The notes: generated by a model not told the origin, from the sequence alone. A DNA stretch of 64,000 bases from Thermoleophilia bacterium UBA6103 (GCA_002423545.1 DIWP01000056.1:69110-133109), one strand, 5' to 3'; positions 17,654 to 27,065 are shown, counted from the stretch's first letter. Translations and numbers: made by a program.

Positions 17654-20600
17654 TCAGCGTCCTTTCGGGCCGGGAAGCGCGAAGTAGAAGGTGGCGCCCT
17701 GTTCCACGGCGCCCTCAGCCCAGGTGCGCCCACCCATCCTGGCGATCACCCGTCGGACGGTGGCCAGGCCGATGCCGGCGCCGGCGAACTGATCGGGCGG
17801 ATGCAGCCGCTGGAACACGCCGAAGAGCTTGCCGGCGTAGCGCTGGTCGAAGCCGATGCCGTCATCGCGCACCCAGAAGACCAGCTCGTCGCCGTCCTCG
17901 TCGTAGCCGACCTCGATGCGAGCCGCGTCGTGAGGAGCCGAGTACTTGACCGCGTTGTCGAGCAGATTGATCCAGACCAGGCGCACCATGGCTTCATCGC
18001 CGCGTACGTCGGGCAGAGCGGCGATGCGCCACTCGATGGGCCGCTCCGCGGCGTCGGGCAGCACGGCCTCCCAAGCCTCGGCGACGACCCGGTCCATGTC
18101 CACGGTCGTCATCCTGATCTCGCTGCGGCCGGTCCGCGAGAACTCGAGCAGCTCGTCGATGAGGCGGCCCATCCGCTCGACGGCGGCTGTGATGCGGTCG
18201 ATGTAGTGCTGCAGGTCGCCCTGCGGCTCGTCGCCGGCACGCTCCTGCAGTAGCGTGGCGAAGCCGGCGATGTGCCGCAGCGGTGCCCGCAGATCGTGCG
18301 AGACGGTGTAGGTGAAGGCCTCGAGCTCCGTGTTCACCGCCTCCAGCTCCGCCGTGCGGTCCCTGACCCGCTGCTCCAGCTCGGCGTTGAGACGTGCCAC
18401 GGCCGCTTCCGCCCGCTTGCGCTCGGTGATGTCCTGGACCGTGGCGAACACTCTGACCGGCGTACCGTCGCTGTCGTGCTCGATGACACCCACGGTCCGA
18501 ACATGCAGCACCTCGCCGTCCCGACGGACGATCCGGTACTCGTTCGGCGTCAGCTTTGACGCACCTGACGCGAGGCACTCCTCCAGCCAGCGCGTCACAC
18601 GGTCGAGGTCGTCCGGGTGGTGCATCTCGGCGTTGACGCGCGAGTAGTCGATCGTCTCCTCCGGTCCATAGCCGAGCAGAGCGTACAGGCCGTCCGACCA
18701 GTCGACGGCCCCGGTCTGCACGCTCCAGGTGAAGTCGCCCATCCGGGCGATGCGCTGCGCCTGTCGCAGCTTCTGCTCGCTCTCGCTCACGGCCTCCTCG
18801 GCGGTCACCCGCTCGGTGATGTCGAGGACCGCCGTCATGAAGTAGAGCGGCTCACCATGCTCGTCGCGGCGCAGCGTCGTCGACACGTCGGCCCAGAGGA
18901 TCGATCCGTCCTTGCGCAGATATCGCTTGCTGAAGCGGGCCGAGTCGCTCTCGCCATTGAACAGCGGCGCGATGGCGGTCTCGTTGGCGGCGACATCGCC
19001 GGGATGGGTGATGTCCTGCCAGCGACGGCGCTGCAGCTCGTCGGTGGTGTAGCCCAGCATGTCCCGGAATGCCTGGTTGGTCTCCATGCGCCCGTCCGGG
19101 TAGGTCAGAGACTTGCCGACGATCGAACGGTCGAAGACGTACCGGAACTTGTCCTCGCTCTCCTGCAGCGCCTCCTCGATGCGCTGGCGCTCGGTGATGT
19201 CCTCGAAGATGGTCGCGAAGGTCCCGGGAAGCGGGGAGACCACGCTGATCTTGAAGTGGCGCTGCAGCGGTGGCCAGTACGTCTCGAAGCTGCGCGCGGG
19301 AGCGCCGCCCGCCACCGCCGCGTACTCGGCGAGGAACGGCGGCTCAGGACTACCGTATGCTCCGCGTGACGACCGTCCGCGGACCTGCTCGGGCGACCAT
19401 CCCGTGTGCGTCTCGAACGCCGGGTTGACGTCGAGGACGCGGTAGTCGACCGGCCGCCCGTCCTCGTAGACGACCTCGTGCAGGGCCACGCCCTCCGTCA
19501 TGCTCTCGAACAGCGAGCGGAACCTGGCCTCGCTGGCGCGCAATGCCTCCTCGGCCTGCTTGCGCTCGGTGATGTCGTCGAAGACCACGCAGAACCGCTC
19601 GCTCGTGTCCCACGGCCGGTAGACGGTGCAGTCGTAGAGCTTGCCGGTGGGCTGATGGAACATCTCGAAGCGCCGTGTCTCGCCGGAGACGGCCACGGCG
19701 CCGTAGCTCTCGATCCAGCTTGCCTCGGTCTCCGGCCATACCTCGTGGACCGTCTTGCCGCGCACCTCGTCCAGGGTCACGCCGGTGATCTGCTCGTAGG
19801 CCTCGTTGATGTACTCGAAGCGGTAGCTCACGAAGCCGCCGTGCTCGTCGAACACGGACTGGAAGACGACGAACGCGTTGCTCATGCTGCGCAGGAGGTC
19901 GGCACGTTCCCGGAACAGCGTCAGCCGCTCCTCCTCGGCGTGCCGGCGCTCGGTGATGTCTTCGGTGAAGCCGAGATAACGGGACGCGGAGAGCCTGACG
20001 GCCGAGATCGACCACCAGCGTCTCTCTCCGGCCTTCGTGATGAACGGTCCCTCCCCGTAGGCCTGCCCTGTCTCCAGCAGCCGCGCGAAGTGGTCGCGGC
20101 CGTACTCCATCTCGTTCGGCGGCAACATGTCGGGGATGACCATGCCGAGCAGCTCGGCTTCCGGGTACCCGGTCACCTTGCACGCCCGCGGGTTGGCCTG
20201 CAGGCAACGACCGGTCTCGTCGCTGATGAAGACACCGTACGGGGCGTTCTCGAAGTAGCTGCGCCACAGCTGCTCGCTGTCCCTCAGGGCTTCCTCGGCC
20301 TGCTTGCGCTCCGTGACGTCTTCGTAGATGGCGACGATCTCGCCGCTCGGCAGGCGGTAGACGAAGTTGTCGCGCCAGCCCGTCAGGCGCTCGTCGGCAT
20401 ACTGCGAGACCGGAAGCTCTTCCGGCGTGCCGGTCCGCTGGACGCGGCGGAAGACGTCCAGCAGCCCGAACTCCTCCACGCCGGGGAAGACTTCCGTCAC
20501 GCGCCGCCCGATGACGTCCGCCCGGTCGAGCCTCTCCATCGCCTCGGCGGCGGCGTTGAACTCGCGGAAGATGAAGTCCTGCCCATCTTCCGTGGCCTCG

Positions 20601-22513
20601 TAGACGGCGACGCCGGCGTTGATCCGCTCGACCAGCTCCCGGTAGCGCTCGCCGGTCTCGCGGAGCTTCTGCTGGGTCCGGGTCCTTTCTACGATCTCGC
20701 CGATGAGGCGCGCCGCGGAATGCAGGCGGACCTTGGCGAGCTGGATCATGTACTCGGGTCGGCTCTCGTAGGCGGCGGCCTCCTGCCGAAGGCGTTCGAG
20801 CGGTACGCGATAGAGCCGCGCCAGCTCCTGTAGCTTGTCGGAGCCCGAAGGCGGGTCGCCGTAGCCGACGTTGATGGCCCCCACGACCTCGTCGCCGGCG
20901 CGGATCGGCACGGCGTAGAGGTGAAGGCCGCCGTGGCACTCCATGTCGACCGGCTCGCCGGTCTCGATGGCCAGCCGTGAGCAGTCGGTCCAGCAGGACT
21001 CGTGACAGAGCCAGTCGCCGCTTGCGAGGGCCTGCGCGTCGTCGTCGGTGGCACAGAGTCGCCGCGCTGCGTCGTCGAGGCAGCGGCACCAGCCCGACGA
21101 GAAGATGCCGAGAGCGTAGTCGCCGTTCTTCTCGTAGACGGCCGACGAGGTGCCGAGCAAGTCGAGGAAGTCGCCGGCGATGATGCGCAGCGTGTCGGCT
21201 CCCACGGCGTCGAGGATGGTCCGGTCGGCGTTGAGCTCGGTCAGGTCCCCGTAGGACTGCGTCGCCGAGGCGGTCGGTGCAGCTTGGCCGTTGGAACGGC
21301 TCGACAGCATCCACTCGATGCGGCGCAAGTCGGCCTCGGCCTGCCGGCGCTCGGTGATGTCGTCGAATGTGGCGTACACGCTGGTCACGTCGCCTGAGCC
21401 GTCGGCAAGCTCCGGTACGGCGTTGATCTCTATCCAGCGATAGCCTCCGGACACCGGGTTGAACACGCCCATGACGACGCCCAGGACCGGCTCGCCGGTG
21501 TGCAGCGCCACCATGCCCGGATGATCGTCACCGGGGAAGTCGCTGCCGTCTTCGTGGATCGCCCGCCAGCGCGGGTCGGTGGAGGTGCGGCCCTGCATCT
21601 GGTCGAGCGTGAGGCCGAGGATGCGCTGAGCGGCGGGGTTGGCGTCGGTGATGCGGCCGTCGGTGGCCTGATAGACCACGCCCTGCGTCATCGTCTTGAA
21701 CAACCTGCGGTAGCGGGCCTCGCTCGAGCGGGCGCGCTCCTCGCGCTCGTCCAGCAGCTGCTGCTGCCGGGCGAGTCCGTCGAGCAGGCCGTCGACCTCG
21801 CGGGCGACTCTGTCGGGACCCAGGAACTCCAACGGCGGCAGGTAATGGTCGTTGCGCAGCACGCGGCCGCCGTGGATCACGAGCGGGTGCGTCAGGATGA
21901 TGTCGCGCATGGTCTCGGCCGGGAAGCGAGCGCGATGGTACTGGCAGATCGCTAGGCAGTCGTGCGCGGGCAGAAAGTCGTTGAGCCTGGCCTCGTATTC
22001 GACGAGGCGGTCGGCACCGGAGGCGTCGCCGACCGCCCAGGTCATCTCGCCGGTCACCCGCAGGGCGGCGAAGCCGTCGGCTCGGGCGGCGGCCGTCGAC
22101 TCGGCGAGGTAGGCGATCATGCGCTCGGGGTCAAAGGCGCCGTCGCGGAGGTACGTCTCGCGTTTCGTGAGTACGGCCAGCGCTCCCGACGCCTGAGCCG
22201 CGGCCGTGTCGACGCCGTCGTCCCGCAGCGCGGCCAGCACCGTCGCGGCGGTCGTCTCGTCGATCACGCACACGCAGCGGTCGCCGCGCTCCAGGCCCAG
22301 GCGGGCGAACGGTACGACGGCGGCACGCTGCTCATCCGGAGTCTCGTAGATGAGGCAGAGGTGCGCGTGCGGAAGCAACGCCTCCAGTGCGGAGAGCAGG
22401 GTGCCACCGCCGCTCAGCGCCGACTCGTCGAGCCCCCGGTCCGTGGGCGTGTGTCCGGGCATGTCGCCCGCCTTCCCCCGAGATCCGTGCCACGCCTCGG
22501 AGGGAGTGTACAC
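17654..22513 (-). CDS. giant hybrid sensor histidine kinase: N-terminal MEDS-like sensory domain, about eight PAS/PAC domains, HisKA and HATPase_c
   Basis: 1,619 aa. The N-terminal ~200 aa (HLCLIYETPDEQ…GFAALRVTGEMTW…CLAICQYHRARF…THPLVIHG) matches my recollection of the MEDS domain. Many PAS repeats follow, separated by coiled coils. The C-terminus carries H-box VSHDLRAPLRHI and an ATPase (…DDGIGF…GAGIGLATV). The true start may be the internal Met (MPGHTPTD, near 22465). Confidence 0.75.
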   Translation of the reverse strand: MYTPSEAWHGSRGKAGDMPGHTPTDRGLDESALSGGGTLLSALEALLPHAHLCLIYETPDEQRAAVVPFARLGLERGDRCVCVIDETTAATVLAALRDDGVDTAAAQASGALAVLTKRETYLRDGAFDPERMIAYLAESTAAARADGFAALRVTGEMTWAVGDASGADRLVEYEARLNDFLPAHDCLAICQYHRARFPAETMRDIILTHPLVIHGGRVLRNDHYLPPLEFLGPDRVAREVDGLLDGLARQQQLLDEREERARSSEARYRRLFKTMTQGVVYQATDGRITDANPAAQRILGLTLDQMQGRTSTDPRWRAIHEDGSDFPGDDHPGMVALHTGEPVLGVVMGVFNPVSGGYRWIEINAVPELADGSGDVTSVYATFDDITERRQAEADLRRIEWMLSSRSNGQAAPTASATQSYGDLTELNADRTILDAVGADTLRIIAGDFLDLLGTSSAVYEKNGDYALGIFSSGWCRCLDDAARRLCATDDDAQALASGDWLCHESCWTDCSRLAIETGEPVDMECHGGLHLYAVPIRAGDEVVGAINVGYGDPPSGSDKLQELARLYRVPLERLRQEAAAYESRPEYMIQLAKVRLHSAARLIGEIVERTRTQQKLRETGERYRELVERINAGVAVYEATEDGQDFIFREFNAAAEAMERLDRADVIGRRVTEVFPGVEEFGLLDVFRRVQRTGTPEELPVSQYADERLTGWRDNFVYRLPSGEIVAIYEDVTERKQAEEALRDSEQLWRSYFENAPYGVFISDETGRCLQANPRACKVTGYPEAELLGMVIPDMLPPNEMEYGRDHFARLLETGQAYGEGPFITKAGERRWWSISAVRLSASRYLGFTEDITERRHAEEERLTLFRERADLLRSMSNAFVVFQSVFDEHGGFVSYRFEYINEAYEQITGVTLDEVRGKTVHEVWPETEASWIESYGAVAVSGETRRFEMFHQPTGKLYDCTVYRPWDTSERFCVVFDDITERKQAEEALRASEARFRSLFESMTEGVALHEVVYEDGRPVDYRVLDVNPAFETHTGWSPEQVRGRSSRGAYGSPEPPFLAEYAAVAGGAPARSFETYWPPLQRHFKISVVSPLPGTFATIFEDITERQRIEEALQESEDKFRYVFDRSIVGKSLTYPDGRMETNQAFRDMLGYTTDELQRRRWQDITHPGDVAANETAIAPLFNGESDSARFSKRYLRKDGSILWADVSTTLRRDEHGEPLYFMTAVLDITERVTAEEAVSESEQKLRQAQRIARMGDFTWSVQTGAVDWSDGLYALLGYGPEETIDYSRVNAEMHHPDDLDRVTRWLEECLASGASKLTPNEYRIVRRDGEVLHVRTVGVIEHDSDGTPVRVFATVQDITERKRAEAAVARLNAELEQRVRDRTAELEAVNTELEAFTYTVSHDLRAPLRHIAGFATLLQERAGDEPQGDLQHYIDRITAAVERMGRLIDELLEFSRTGRSEIRMTTVDMDRVVAEAWEAVLPDAAERPIEWRIAALPDVRGDEAMVRLVWINLLDNAVKYSAPHDAARIEVGYDEDGDELVFWVRDDGIGFDQRYAGKLFGVFQRLHPPDQFAGAGIGLATVRRVIARMGGRTWAEGAVEQGATFYFALPGPKGR

Positions 22514-22634
22514 CCGGCTTGCTCAAGGACCCCGATGCCATCGGCCGATAGGTTTGAGCAGCATTGACAGGCGGAGGGCACTCGTCTAGCCTCCGCTGCG
22601 CATCAGTCAGCCGGATGACTGAGAGGAGGGGAGC
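22513..22634. promoter_or_regulatory. divergent intergenic region between the sensor-kinase operon and the mttB operon, with a sigma70-like promoter and two hairpins
   Basis: TTGACA (cattgacagg) is followed after about 17 nt by TAGCCT. Two inverted repeats are present: GCGGAGG-N12-CCTCCGC and TCAGTCA-N6-TGACTGA. The RBS GAGAGGAGGGG sits before the mttB ATG. Confidence 0.35.
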
Positions 22635-24104
22635 ATGAAGCGCAACGCACAGGCCGGCGCCGTACGCAACGCCGGACTTTCATTCGGCGTCTTCAGCGAG
22701 GCGGACATCGACGACATCCACCTGGCCACGCTCGAGGTGCTCGAGCGCACCGGGGTGTTCGTGGAACAGGAGGAGGCTTTCGACATCTTCGCCGACGGCG
22801 GCTGCCGCGTGGACAGGGAGGGGCGGGTGGTCCGCATCCCGGCGCACGTGGTGGAAGACGCTATCCGCAGCACGCCGCCGAAGGTGGTCCTCGCCAGCCG
22901 CGATCCGAAGAACGATGTGGTGCTGGAGGCCGGGCGGGTGGCCTTCACCAACTTCAGCGAGGGCATCAAGGTCATCGACCCCTACACCGGCGAGCTGCGG
23001 GACTCGGTGAAGGACGATGTGGCCGCCATCGCGCGCCTCAACGACTACCTGTCGGAGATGGACACCTTCGAGCTGGCGGTCGGCGCCAAGGACGTGCCGG
23101 AGGAGACCGCCTCGCTGCACAACGTGGAAGCGGCGCTGCTCAACACCACCAAGTGCGTCGCCGGCCAGGCGCTCTCCGAGTGGGAGAGCGAGGCGATGAT
23201 CGACATGGCGGCGGCGCTGGTCGGCGGCCGCGACGCCCTGCGCGAACGGCCGATCATCTACCTGGGCGTCTGCCCGGTGAGCCCGCTGCAGCTGCCGCGC
23301 GAGGTCACCGAGGTCGTCATCTCCTCGGCCCGGGCCGGCATCATGGACCTGGTTCTCAGCATGGCCATGGCCGGCGGCTCGTCGCCGGTGACCCTGGCGG
23401 GGACCATGGTCACCCACAACGCCGAGGTGCTGGCCGGCATCACGCTGGCGCAGCTCACCGAGCGTGGCGCCCCCTGCGTCTACGGGTCATCTACCACCGG
23501 GCTCGACCTGCGCTTTGCGGCCGCCTGCGTCGGCTCACCGGAGCTGGCCCTGATCAGCGCCGCCGTCGCCCAGATGGCCCAGCGCTACAGGATCCCGAGC
23601 TTCGTGGCGGGGTTGTAGGCGGACAGCAAGACGTGCGACGTCCAGACCGGTCACGAGAAGACCCTCACCGGACTCCTGGCGGCGTTGGCAGGCGCCAACC
23701 TGATCTACGGAGCCGGCATGATCGAATCGGGCGTCACCTTCGACTGCGGGCAGTTCGTCATCGACAACGAGCTGGCGCGGATGATCAAGCACACGGTGGC
23801 CGGGATTCCCGTCAACGACGACACGCTGGCGGTCGAGGACATCCACGCCGTGGGCCCCTTCAAGGACTTCCTCTCCCTGGACAGCACGCTGCGGCGGATG
23901 CGCGAGCAGAGCCAGCCGAAGCTGCTCGACCGGCGCGTGCGGGAGGACTGGGAGGCCGACGACGGACGCCAGATCCACGCGGTGGCGCTGGAGCAGGCCA
24001 GAGAGATCATGGCCGAGCACGTGCCGCTGCCGGTACCGGACGAGAGCGTCGAGCTCATGCGGCGGATCGTGGCCGACGCCGACAGGCAGTACGCCGGCGC
24101 CTGA
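22635..24104 (+). CDS. mttB: MttB-family trimethylamine (methylamine):corrinoid methyltransferase with a single in-frame TAG codon (candidate pyrrolysine codon) at 23616-23618
   Basis: ORF 22635..23618 and ORF 23685..24104 are in the same frame. The only interruption is a TAG after …IPSFVAGL. Conserved MttB sequence continues immediately afterwards (ADSKTCDVQTGHEKTLTGLLAALAGANLIYGAGMIESG…). This is the position where genuine MttBs carry Pyl. If read through, the protein is ~489 aa, typical for MttB. Confidence 0.6.
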
Positions 24105-24276
24105 AGCCGATCGCCCGTACGCCGGCCGGGTCTTCCGCGGGGGCTGCCACCGGCTGCTGTGGCGGGTCAGGCTCGTGACTCGTGCGGAGCGACCTCGTTG
24201 CCGAAGTAGAGAGCGATATCGTGTCGATCCGGCTTGGCCGTCGCCGGCGGCCGGCCGATGGGAGGAGACGACTCAT

Positions 24277-24640
24277 GATCGAGATCATCGACGCTGCCCC
24301 CGACAACGTGCTTGCGTTCAAGGCGGTCGGGGAAGTCGAGGCAGCCGACTACGATGCGGTGCTCAAGCCGGCTCTGGACCGCATGCTGCAGAGTGGCGAG
24401 AAGGTGCGCTGCGTGTACGTGCTGGGGCCTGAGTTCAAGGGATACTCCGCGGGCGCGGCCTGGGAAGACGCCGAGCTGGGCATGGCGCACGTGACCAAGT
24501 GGCATCGCTGCGCTGTCGTCACCGACGCCGACTGGCTGCGCCATCTCGTGAAGGGCTTCGGCTGGCTGATGGTCGGCCACATGAAGCTGTTCGCCGTCGC
24601 CGAGCTGCAGCAGGCGATGGAGTGGGCCGCCGCCGACTGA
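24277..24640 (+). CDS. STAS/SpoIIAA-like domain protein
   Basis: MIEIIDAAPDNVLAFKAVGEVEAADYDAVLKPALDRMLQSGEKVRCVYVLGPEF… is a ~120 aa STAS-type fold. An RBS GGGAGGAG precedes the ATG. The ORF track begins earlier at 24182. Confidence 0.5.
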
Positions 24641-24781
24641 CCGCGGCCGGCGGCCGGCCCGGCCGCCCGATCCTTCATGTGGACGGCACCGAAGCGTAAG
24701 CTTGGACAGGATGGTCGGAAGTCGTCACCGCACACACCGGTGCGACGCCATCGGGAGGCCACAGCAGGAGCGGAGGGTGTC

Positions 24782-25957
24782 ATGAGCGCACAGGACGCGG
24801 CGGGCGGAGAAGGGAGTACGGGCGCTCGGACCCCTCTCGAGAAGGCGGCGGACTCCCTGACGCCGGTCTCCGAGAGGGCGGCGTCTGACTATGCGGCGCA
24901 GAAGGACCGGTTGCGCGAGATGGTCGATCGCGCCATGGCCGGCAGAGCGGACATAGAGACGCTCCTCGGCGGCGGCTCGCTGCGCGTCATGTACGACAAC
25001 GACCGCAACCACGTCGCGTTCATGGCCACCGTCTTTGAGTCCAACGACTTCGGCCTGCTCGCCCGGACGCTGCCGTGGGTGTATGGCGCGTATCGCTCCC
25101 ACGGCTACAGCGACGACTACTTCCCGGCGGTGCTGAACGCGTGGATCGGCGCTGTGCGTCGGTACGTGCCGGCCGCGCATGCGGCAGAGATCGTGCCTGT
25201 CTATGAGTGGATGCTCGACCATCAGCCGGAGCTCATCGCGGCGGCCGATGTCGCCGCCGGCGCCGCCGCCGGTCGCGAGCCGGCCGAACAGGTCCGTGCC
25301 TTCCTCGGCGCTCTGCTGGCCGGTCGCGCCGCGGACTGTCAGGAGATCGCCGACGAGCTGACGCAGCGACCTGAGGATCTGGCGGGCTTCTATCTCGACG
25401 TCGTGCAGCCGGCCATGGAAGAGGTCGGCCGTCTCTGGGAGCGCGACGAGATCTCGGTGGCCGAGGAGCATCTGGCCAGCGCCATCGTCTCGCGGACGAT
25501 GGCGGTCCTCTACACGCGCCTGGTCCATCGCGACGTCACCAGGGGGTCGGCGGTCGTGACGGCGGCGACCAATGAGTTCCACGACATCGGCAGCCGCATG
25601 GCCGCCGATCTGCTCGAGGTGGACGGTTGGGATGTCACGTTCCTGGGCGCCAACACGCCCGACGACGAGCTGCTCAAGCTGATGCGCAAGCTGCATCCCG
25701 ACGTGTTGGGAGTCTCGGTCGCCATGCCGTTCAACCTCGATCATGCCAGGCGGACGGTGGCCGCCCTGCACGAGGACCCCGACCTCGGTGGGACGCGGGT
25801 GCTGGTCGGCGGACGGGCGTTCGCGCTGCGACCGGAGTCGGCTGAGTGGGTCGGCGCCGACGCGCTGGCCGTCGATGCCCGCGACGGGGCACGGATAGCC
25901 GCCGCCTGGTGGGGCACCGACCCTCGCGACGCCGCCGGCCACCTCCCGGGGGACTGA
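24782..25957 (+). CDS. cobalamin (B12)-binding domain protein with an uncharacterised ~170 aa N-terminal domain (corrinoid protein / B12-dependent sensor)
   Basis: A B12-binding cap helix bundle is followed by a Rossmann-like B12-binding domain carrying the DxHxxG motif (NEFHDIGSRMAADLLEVDGWDV). The N-terminal domain (…RVMYDNDRNHVAFMATVFESNDFGLLARTLPWVYGAYRSHGY…) is unassigned. Start chosen at MSAQDAAG. Confidence 0.65.
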   Translation: MSAQDAAGGEGSTGARTPLEKAADSLTPVSERAASDYAAQKDRLREMVDRAMAGRADIETLLGGGSLRVMYDNDRNHVAFMATVFESNDFGLLARTLPWVYGAYRSHGYSDDYFPAVLNAWIGAVRRYVPAAHAAEIVPVYEWMLDHQPELIAAADVAAGAAAGREPAEQVRAFLGALLAGRAADCQEIADELTQRPEDLAGFYLDVVQPAMEEVGRLWERDEISVAEEHLASAIVSRTMAVLYTRLVHRDVTRGSAVVTAATNEFHDIGSRMAADLLEVDGWDVTFLGANTPDDELLKLMRKLHPDVLGVSVAMPFNLDHARRTVAALHEDPDLGGTRVLVGGRAFALRPESAEWVGADALAVDARDGARIAAAWWGTDPRDAAGHLPGD

Positions 25958-25958
25958 G

Positions 25959-26933
25959 ATGCCGGCCGTCGATCTGGTCCTGCGCGAGTACCCCGACCTG
26001 CTGGCGGCGTACCTCGACGCCGGGGGTCAGGTCTGCGTCATCGTGCTCGATTTCGAGGGAGCGGTCGAGGGCTGCAACGCGGCGTTCCGCCGTCTGCTGT
26101 CGCCGGACGAAGACCCGCGTGGCCGGACGTTCCGTGACTTCCTCGGCCGTGGTGACTGGGAGCGATTGACCGCCTCCGGCTCGCCCGGCGGTGCCGATTC
26201 CATGGCCGGCCGCTTCCCCTTCCGCCGGGCGGTCGTGACCGTGCGCTCCGACCGCTTCAGCGGCCGGCCGCTTTCGCTGGTCGTCTTCGAAGCCGGTGAG
26301 CGCCGCATCGTGTTCGGCGAGCGGATCGAGGCGAGCGAGAGCGAGATCGTGGAGCGCATGTCGGCTCTGACCAGCGAGATGGCCGACCTGAACCGCGAGC
26401 TCAGCAAGACGAACGCGTCGCTGGAGCGGGCCAACGCCACCATCACCCGACTGATGAACTCCGATCCGCTCACCGGAATCGCCAATCGGCGGTTCTTCAG
26501 CGAGATGCTGGAGCGGGCGGTGAGCTTTGCGCGCCGCCATCGGCAGTCGCTGGCCTTGACCATCTGCGACATCGACCGCTTCAAGCAGATCAACGACTGC
26601 TGTGGCCACGCGGCCGGCGACAAGGTGCTCATCGGCTTCGCGCGCCTGCTACAGGACAGCTGCCGGGCAGAGGACGTGGCGGCGCGCTTCGGCGGCGACG
26701 AATTCTGTGTGCTGCTGCCGGCCACGGACATCGAGAGCGGGCGCAGCTTCGTCGAGCGATTGCGCGAGCGCTGGCGTGGGATCGCGTTCGACGAGCTTCC
26801 GGAGCCGGTCACGGCCAGCTTCGGGCTGGCGGTGCTGGCCGACGGTGACGGTGTGGAAGATCTCCTGCAGCGAGCCGACACCGCCCTGTATCAGGCCAAG
26901 CGCGGCGGTCGCGATGCCGTGGACTGCGCCTGA
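25959..26933 (+). CDS. diguanylate cyclase (GGDEF) with N-terminal sensory domain
   Basis: GGDEF signature RFGGDEF plus the surrounding conserved GGDEF-domain sequence (…LTGIANRRFF…DIDRFKQINDCCGHAAGD…). ATG at 25959 is 1 nt after the TGA of the B12-binding gene, so the two are translationally coupled. Confidence 0.75.
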   Translation: MPAVDLVLREYPDLLAAYLDAGGQVCVIVLDFEGAVEGCNAAFRRLLSPDEDPRGRTFRDFLGRGDWERLTASGSPGGADSMAGRFPFRRAVVTVRSDRFSGRPLSLVVFEAGERRIVFGERIEASESEIVERMSALTSEMADLNRELSKTNASLERANATITRLMNSDPLTGIANRRFFSEMLERAVSFARRHRQSLALTICDIDRFKQINDCCGHAAGDKVLIGFARLLQDSCRAEDVAARFGGDEFCVLLPATDIESGRSFVERLRERWRGIAFDELPEPVTASFGLAVLADGDGVEDLLQRADTALYQAKRGGRDAVDCA

Positions 26934-27065
26934 GCGGCGGGACCGGCGCCATCGGGGGACAGGTCGAGGACCGCAGACACCGGGCTGGGGATGGTCGCTG
27001 TGGCCAGACGGCGCCTGTGGCCGGCCGCCGCGGCCCTCCGTGCAGCCTGTGGTCACGCGTGAATG

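Noticed and set aside
19350-21314. 654-aa minus-strand ORF in an alternative frame inside the sensor kinase
   Set aside because: It lies in the same region as the 1,619-aa kinase, which has recognisable PAS/HisKA/HATPase motifs. The alternative frame is Arg/Pro-rich nonsense.
23616-23618. Treating the mttB TAG as an ordinary stop that defines two separate genes
   Set aside because: The downstream segment has no RBS. It begins 67 nt after the TAG in the same frame with uninterrupted MttB homology, so it is not an independent gene. A pseudogene remains the alternative to recoding and is kept in the finding.
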